Origin: Flavobacteriia bacterium
GTDB lineage: Bacteria; Bacteroidota; Bacteroidia; Flavobacteriales; Schleiferiaceae
Direction of reading: 5' to 3'
Assembly: GCA_009921445.1 (NCBI GenBank)
Contig: RFXV01000001.1
Coordinates: forward strand, 1-38,796
Length of the DNA: 38,796 nucleotides
Shown here: positions 33,983 to 38,796 of the stretch, piece by piece
Numbering within the stretch: position 1 is the first letter of the stretch
Layout of the letters: each line of letters begins with the position of its first letter
The notes under the pieces: model-generated
What the model saw: the letters and a program-made list of their open reading frames with translations, nothing else
What the model was told of the DNA's origin: nothing
Databases searched by the model: none
Made by a program: the position numbers and the translations under genes

Positions 33983-36900
33983 ATGCTCACCAAGTTGATC
34001 GGCAAAGTACTCGGCACCAAAACGGACCGGGATCTGAAGGCTCTACAGCCATTTGTGGAACAGGTGAAGCAGGTGTACCCTGAGATCCAGGGACTCGATG
34101 ACGAAGGACTTCGGAAAAAGACAGCCTCATTCCGGGATCGTCTTCGCACGATCAATAAAGAGGACCAAGACCGCCTGAACGAAATACAGACCCAGCTCAA
34201 AACGGAAGAATCCCTCGAGGTACGAGAAGGTCTGTACGCTCAGATCGAATCGCTGGACAAAAGCATCTACGAACGCAGCGAAAAAGAACTCGAGTTGATA
34301 CGGCCTGAGGCCTTCGCCGTTGTGAAGGAGACGGCGAGAAGATGGGCCGAGAACGGGCAGCTGGAGGTGAATGCATCCGAGATCGATGCCGCTTTGGAGG
34401 GCAAAGACTTCCTCGAGATCAAAGGGGGAAAAGCCATCTGGAAAAGCAGCTGGAGCGCGGCAGGTAATCCCATCTCGTGGGATATGGTCCACTACGACGT
34501 TCAGCTCATCGGCGGAACAGTCCTTCACCAAGGAAAGATCGCCGAGATGGCCACCGGTGAGGGAAAGACCCTTGTTGCCACGCTGCCTGTTTTTCTGAAC
34601 GCCCTCTCGGGAAAAGGAGTGCATGTGGTCACGGTCAACGATTACCTGGCGCGACGCGACTCGGAGTGGATGGGACCTCTGTTCCAATTCCACGGACTCA
34701 GGGTGGATTGCATCGACCGACACAAGCCCAACAGCGAGGAGCGCAGGAAAGCCTACCTGGCAGACATCACCTACGGCACCAACAACGAATTCGGATTCGA
34801 CTACCTGCGGGACAACATGGCGCGTTCTCCAGCGGATCTCGTACAGCGCAAACACCATTACGCCATTGTGGATGAGGTGGACTCAGTCCTGGTGGATGAT
34901 GCACGAACGCCGTTGATCATTTCAGGCCCCACGCCACAGGGCGACAAGCAACAATTCGATGCGCTCAAGGGCCATGTGATCAAACTGTTCAACGCGCAGA
35001 AGACACAGGTTCAGAACGAGTTGAACGAAGCCAAAAAACTCATTGAATCCGGAGATGACAAGGAGGGCGGCTTTAAATTGCTCCGGGCACATCGGGGTTT
35101 GCCCAAGAACAAGGCCCTGATCAAATTCTTGTCGAGCGAGGGGATGAAGACCCTCCTGCAGAAGACGGAGAACCTCTACATGCAGGACCAGTCTAAAGAA
35201 ATGCATAAGGTCGATGCCGAGCTGCATTTTGTCATAGATGAAAAGCACAATGCGGTAGAGCTCACTGAAAAGGGCATCCGTCTGCTCTCAGGAGATACCG
35301 AAGAAGATTTCTTTATTCTCCCCGACCTGTCCACAGAAATGGCAGGCATTGAGGAACTCGGACTCGACACACAAAAGACCGCCAAGAAAAAAGAGGAACT
35401 CCTCCGCGATTTTGAACTCAAAAGTGAGCGCATCCACACCATGAATCAACTCCTGAAGGCCTATACGGTCTTTGAGAAAGATGTTGAATATGTGGTGATG
35501 GACAACAAGGTCAAGATCGTCGATGAGCAGACCGGACGGATCATGGAAGGTCGTCGCTACTCCGACGGGCTCCACCAAGCCATAGAGGCCAAGGAAAATG
35601 TGAAGATCGAAGCCGCAACGCAGACCTACGCCACCATTACGCTTCAGAATTATTTCCGCATGTACAACAAGCTGTCGGGCATGACAGGTACGGCGGAGAC
35701 AGAAGCAGGTGAGTTCTGGGACATCTACAAGCTCGATGTGGTGGTGATCCCAACGAATCGGCCCATCGTACGGGACGACCGTGAAGACCTGGTCTACAAG
35801 ACCAAAAGGGAGAAGTTCAACGCCGTGATCGATGAGATCGTCCGTCTGACCGAAGAGGGTCGACCGGTATTGGTGGGAACGACCAATGTCGAGATCTCGG
35901 AACTGCTGAGCCGGTCGCTGAAGCTGCGGAAGATCCACCACAATGTGCTCAATGCCAAACTGCACCAAAAAGAGGCAGAGATCGTAGCCGAAGCTGGACG
36001 ACCCGGGACGGTAACGATCGCCACCAATATGGCCGGTCGGGGAACCGATATCAAACTCAGTAAAGAAGCCAAAGATGCGGGTGGCCTGGCCATCATAGGC
36101 ACAGAAAGACACGACTCACGAAGGGTGGACAGACAGCTCCGAGGGCGCTCCGGACGTCAGGGAGACCCGGGCAGCTCACAATTCTTCGTTTCACTGGAAG
36201 ACAACCTGATGCGCCTTTTTGGATCAGAACGCATTGCTGGACTAATGGACCGGATGGGGCTGCAGGAGGGAGAGGTCATCCAGCACAGCATGGTGTCCAA
36301 AAGCATCGAAAGGGCTCAGAAAAAAGTAGAGGAAAACAACTTCGGCATCAGAAAAAGGCTGCTGGAATACGACGATGTGATGAACAGTCAGCGCGAGGTG
36401 ATCTACAAGCGTCGGCACAACGCATTGTTTGGAGACAAATTATCCTCGGACATCGCCAATATGGTGTTCGATACTGCCGAACAGATCTCGGGTGAATTCC
36501 TGGAGGGCAAAGACTTCGAGGCCTTCAAATTTTCCCTGTTCCGGGTCTTTGCCATGGAGATGGAGATCTCAAGGGATGATGCGCTCCAGCTTTCTTCTCA
36601 GGACCTGACAGATCGGATATTCAATGAGGCCATGGCGCATTACCAGCGTCGGATGGACCGGATCGCGATGGAGGCCTTTCCAGTGGTCAAGAATGTCTAC
36701 GAAACCCAAAAAGGGCAGTACGAGAATATCCTGGTGCCTTTTACCGATGGAGCCAAGGCGCTGCAGGTGGCCAGTGCGCTGGAGAAAGCCTATGAGAGCA
36801 GTGGGAAAAGTGTGGTCCGCGACTTTGAAAAAGGCATCACCCTGACCCTGATCGACGAAGAGTGGAAGAATCATTTGCGCCGCTTGGACGACCTCAAGCA

Positions 36901-37297
36901 GTATGTACAAGGAGCCGTACACGAGCAGAAAGACCCTCTTTTGATCTACAAATTCGAGTCTTTTGAACTCTTCAAGAATATGATGGCCCATTTGAGCCAG
37001 GAAGTACTTTCCTTCCTGTTCAAAGGGAGCATCCCTATGAACGGGCAACAAAATGTTCGGCAAGCGCCCGCGACACCTAAAAAGCAGGAGCAGTTGTCCA
37101 CCTCAGGACCGGGATCTGCCGAAAGCAGTCCGGGTAGACGCCCTTCAAGGCCCAAGACAGTGGTCAAAGAGAAGAAGCTGGGGAGGAACGACCTCGTTGT
37201 GATCCGCAATGTGGCGACAGGCGAACAGAAAAAACTGAAATTCAAAGTGGCCGAACCCTTGATCGCTGGCAGTCAATGGGTGCTCGAACAGGATTGA
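33983..37297 (+). CDS. secA: preprotein translocase ATPase SecA
   Basis: 1104 aa. MATGEGKTL Walker [46 protein letters not shown]. The C-terminal tail lacks the Cys/His zinc motif, which I recall is typical for Bacteroidetes. Confidence 0.97.
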   Translation: MLTKLIGKVLGTKTDRDLKALQPFVEQVKQVYPEIQGLDDEGLRKKTASFRDRLRTINKEDQDRLNEIQTQLKTEESLEVREGLYAQIESLDKSIYERSEKELELIRPEAFAVVKETARRWAENGQLEVNASEIDAALEGKDFLEIKGGKAIWKSSWSAAGNPISWDMVHYDVQLIGGTVLHQGKIAEMATGEGKTLVATLPVFLNALSGKGVHVVTVNDYLARRDSEWMGPLFQFHGLRVDCIDRHKPNSEERRKAYLADITYGTNNEFGFDYLRDNMARSPADLVQRKHHYAIVDEVDSVLVDDARTPLIISGPTPQGDKQQFDALKGHVIKLFNAQKTQVQNELNEAKKLIESGDDKEGGFKLLRAHRGLPKNKALIKFLSSEGMKTLLQKTENLYMQDQSKEMHKVDAELHFVIDEKHNAVELTEKGIRLLSGDTEEDFFILPDLSTEMAGIEELGLDTQKTAKKKEELLRDFELKSERIHTMNQLLKAYTVFEKDVEYVVMDNKVKIVDEQTGRIMEGRRYSDGLHQAIEAKENVKIEAATQTYATITLQNYFRMYNKLSGMTGTAETEAGEFWDIYKLDVVVIPTNRPIVRDDREDLVYKTKREKFNAVIDEIVRLTEEGRPVLVGTTNVEISELLSRSLKLRKIHHNVLNAKLHQKEAEIVAEAGRPGTVTIATNMAGRGTDIKLSKEAKDAGGLAIIGTERHDSRRVDRQLRGRSGRQGDPGSSQFFVSLEDNLMRLFGSERIAGLMDRMGLQEGEVIQHSMVSKSIERAQKKVEENNFGIRKRLLEYDDVMNSQREVIYKRRHNALFGDKLSSDIANMVFDTAEQISGEFLEGKDFEAFKFSLFRVFAMEMEISRDDALQLSSQDLTDRIFNEAMAHYQRRMDRIAMEAFPVVKNVYETQKGQYENILVPFTDGAKALQVASALEKAYESSGKSVVRDFEKGITLTLIDEEWKNHLRRLDDLKQYVQGAVHEQKDPLLIYKFESFELFKNMMAHLSQEVLSFLFKGSIPMNGQQNVRQAPATPKKQEQLSTSGPGSAESSPGRRPSRPKTVVKEKKLGRNDLVVIRNVATGEQKKLKFKVAEPLIAGSQWVLEQD

Positions 37298-37686
37298 TCA
37301 GGCTGCTGATCGGCTGTGTCTGGATGTCCGGGTGCACGTCCGCAGCCTCTGAAAAGCAATGCAGACAGGGCAATTCCGACGAGATTCTTCTAAAAGGAGA
37401 GATCGGCAGCCCCATCTATCAAAATGTCCTCCTCGCCCATCTTGAGGCATATGGTGAAAGTGCGCATTTCTACTTCCTCCGCAGGACACCCAAGGATCAT
37501 GTCTTGCTACGCGTCGAGGGCGATTCATTTTGCGGCTACCTTGACCTCGCGATCCAGGACGAGGACGAGCAGAGCCAAAAGCTTCAAAATGCCTCGGGAT
37601 ACTCAGGAGCGGAAATTCAAAAACTGCAGTTCGAACAGATCGCTGATCAGGCCTATTGGGTCAGCGCTGGGCGCATCATCGATTGA
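37294..37686 (+). CDS. small hypothetical lipoprotein
   Basis: A TTG at 37294 gives [14 protein letters not shown] (lipobox-like), overlapping the secA stop. The ATG at 37276 (track) is the alternative start. No recognisable family. Confidence 0.5.
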   Translation: MIRLLIGCVWMSGCTSAASEKQCRQGNSDEILLKGEIGSPIYQNVLLAHLEAYGESAHFYFLRRTPKDHVLLRVEGDSFCGYLDLAIQDEDEQSQKLQNASGYSGAEIQKLQFEQIADQAYWVSAGRIID

Positions 37687-37719
37687 ACTGCAGCGCTGAA
37701 ACTTGTGTTTTAGGGTCGT

Positions 37720-37743
37720 ACCTTACAAATGCGTGAGGTTTTT
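37720..37743 (+). terminator. candidate Rho-independent terminator after secA/lipoprotein
   Basis: ACCTTAC-aaatgc-GTGAGGT forms a 7-bp stem with one G-U pair, followed by TTTTT. Confidence 0.45.
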
Positions 37744-37774
37744 ATATCAATAAACAAGAGAACACTTGGCCATC

Positions 37775-38796
37775 ATGAATACATTCCTCCTGCGATCCCT
37801 CTTTTTATCGAGCATGATCGTCTCCCTGTATCAGAACGCTCAGGCACAGAATTATCAAAGTGCATCCATCTCATTTGATGGTCAAACCAGAAATTATCTC
37901 ATCTATATCCCCTCGGGGTATACTCCGGCATCACCGCCGCTTCCATTGCTCTTCAATTTCCACGGAGGCGGAGGAGATATGGCCTCACAAGTTGCCATCT
38001 CCGATTTGCGTTCCATCGCCGATACCGCTAGGTTCATTGCCGTCTATCCTCAGGCACTTCCCGATCCGAACGACGGCGGGTCTACCAACTGGCTGCACAA
38101 GGATCCCACACAAGTAGATGATGTGCTCTTCATCGATGCACTGATCGATTCACTCAAAAACCAATGGCGCATTGACACCAACCGCATCTACGCCTGTGGT
38201 TATTCGCTGGGAGGGGAATTCACCTATGAGTTGGCCTGCCGGCTGAATGAGCGCATCGCTGCTGTTGGGGTCGTGGCGCGAACCATGCAGACCGCTCAGT
38301 ACAACCAATGCAATGCGGTTCATCCAACAGGCATTTTGACCATCCTTGGCACGGCCGATGCCATTTCCGATTACAACGGGATGAGTTTTGGAGGAATCCA
38401 GTATTACGTTTCGGCGGATGATGTACATCAATTGTGGGCGCAGCTCAATAACAGCTCGGTTCAACAATCGATCGCTCTTCCCGACACCGATCCCTCGGAC
38501 GGAAGTACGGTCGAACTCAAGACCTGGTCCGATGGCAACAATTGCATCTACGTTCAGCATTTCAAGGTCAATGGAGGAGGGCACGACTGGCCTGGTAGTT
38601 TTGGGAATATGGACATCCATTCGGATGAGGAGATCTGGCGCTTTGTGTCCCGGTTCGATCTGAGCGGAGCCTTTGCTTGCAACAGCACCAGCGCGGGAGT
38701 GAGCATTATGAAAGAGATAAAAGTCTTCCCCAATCCATTCAATGAAAAGATCGTCATTGATGCTCCAGAAGGAGCCGTACAGAACTATCGGCTTTT
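37775..38796 (+). CDS. secreted PHB-depolymerase/feruloyl-esterase-like (CE1-type) serine esterase with T9SS CTD, 3' end off window
   Basis: Absent from the ORF track because there is no stop in the window. My translation from the ATG at 37775: MNTFLLRSLFLSSMIVSLYQNAQAQ (signal), LLFNFHGGGGD, nucleophile elbow CGYSLGG, GGGHDWPG, then IKVFPNPFNEKIVIDA (start of a T9SS sorting domain). Confidence 0.8.
   Translation, partial: MNTFLLRSLFLSSMIVSLYQNAQAQNYQSASISFDGQTRNYLIYIPSGYTPASPPLPLLFNFHGGGGDMASQVAISDLRSIADTARFIAVYPQALPDPNDGGSTNWLHKDPTQVDDVLFIDALIDSLKNQWRIDTNRIYACGYSLGGEFTYELACRLNERIAAVGVVARTMQTAQYNQCNAVHPTGILTILGTADAISDYNGMSFGGIQYYVSADDVHQLWAQLNNSSVQQSIALPDTDPSDGSTVELKTWSDGNNCIYVQHFKVNGGGHDWPGSFGNMDIHSDEEIWRFVSRFDLSGAFACNSTSAGVSIMKEIKVFPNPFNEKIVIDAPEGAVQNYRL

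Noticed and set aside
37080-37297. The SecA C-terminus lacks the Cys/His zinc-binding SecB-docking motif.
   Set aside because: The tail (...[38 protein letters not shown]) resembles other Bacteroidota SecA tails as I recall them, and SecB is generally absent in that phylum. The feature is lineage-typical rather than anomalous.
37860-38620. Track ORFs 37860..38117 (+) and 38150..38620 (-).
   Set aside because: Both fall inside a longer plus-strand frame starting at 37775. That frame has a signal peptide, a GYSLGG esterase elbow and a T9SS CTD, and it is missing from the track only because it has no stop within the window.
1-38796. A window-wide look for CRISPR arrays, IS elements, prophage genes, toxin-antitoxin pairs or known defence systems.
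   Set aside because: I found no spaced direct-repeat array, transposase/integrase-like ORF, or recognisable defence or TA motif. Intergenic space is minimal apart from 6900-7101, 12060-12232 and 30916-31246, which are discussed separately.

Overview
This is a 38.8-kb, almost fully coding window from a Bacteroidota chromosome. The Flavobacteriia/Cytophagia-like assignment rests on gldB/gldC, a PorT-like barrel, two T9SS C-terminal sorting domains, TAnnTTTG -7 boxes, a dcw cluster without murF/ddl, and a very long FtsZ.

Gene order:
- 1-3.9 kb: aromatic amino-acid catabolism. hmgA (partial), a UbiA-like membrane protein, then overlapping kynU-kmo.
- 3.9-7.9 kb: a two-component block with three response regulators and two histidine kinases.
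- 7.9-12.1 kb: nadE plus an OM beta-barrel, gldB-gldC, engB, and an alpha/beta hydrolase.
- 12.2-28.1 kb: a gapless division/cell-wall (dcw) operon, mraZ-rsmH-ftsL-ftsI-murE-mraY-murD-ftsW-murG-murC-ftsQ-ftsA-ftsZ-yqeY. A textbook three-box MraZ operator precedes it.
- 28.1-33.8 kb (minus strand): PorT-like barrel, ubiE, two tRNA-Arg genes, two unknown membrane proteins, an AT-rich 330-bp spacer with a repeated motif, a YkuK-like protein, and a thioredoxin-like/copper-monooxygenase pair.
- 34-38.8 kb: secA, a small lipoprotein, and a partial T9SS esterase.

I saw no rRNA, CRISPR array, transposase, integrase, phage gene or recognisable defence system. Most of the window is ordinary core genome.

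Items worth a second look:
1. ftsA is broken by a frameshift that coincides with loss of about 16-17 conserved codons.
2. A 31-codon glycine-zipper membrane ORF lies between ftsA and ftsZ and overlaps the ftsZ start.
3. A coupled gene pair encodes a secreted monothiol thioredoxin-fold protein and a CxxCH (heme-c-like) + PHM/DBH-like copper monooxygenase + T9SS-CTD protein.
4. The AT-rich spacer carries a perfect 10-bp palindrome and four TTC(C/T)TACAA copies upstream of two unknown membrane proteins.

All product calls come from motif reading and recollection of protein families. No database search was run.
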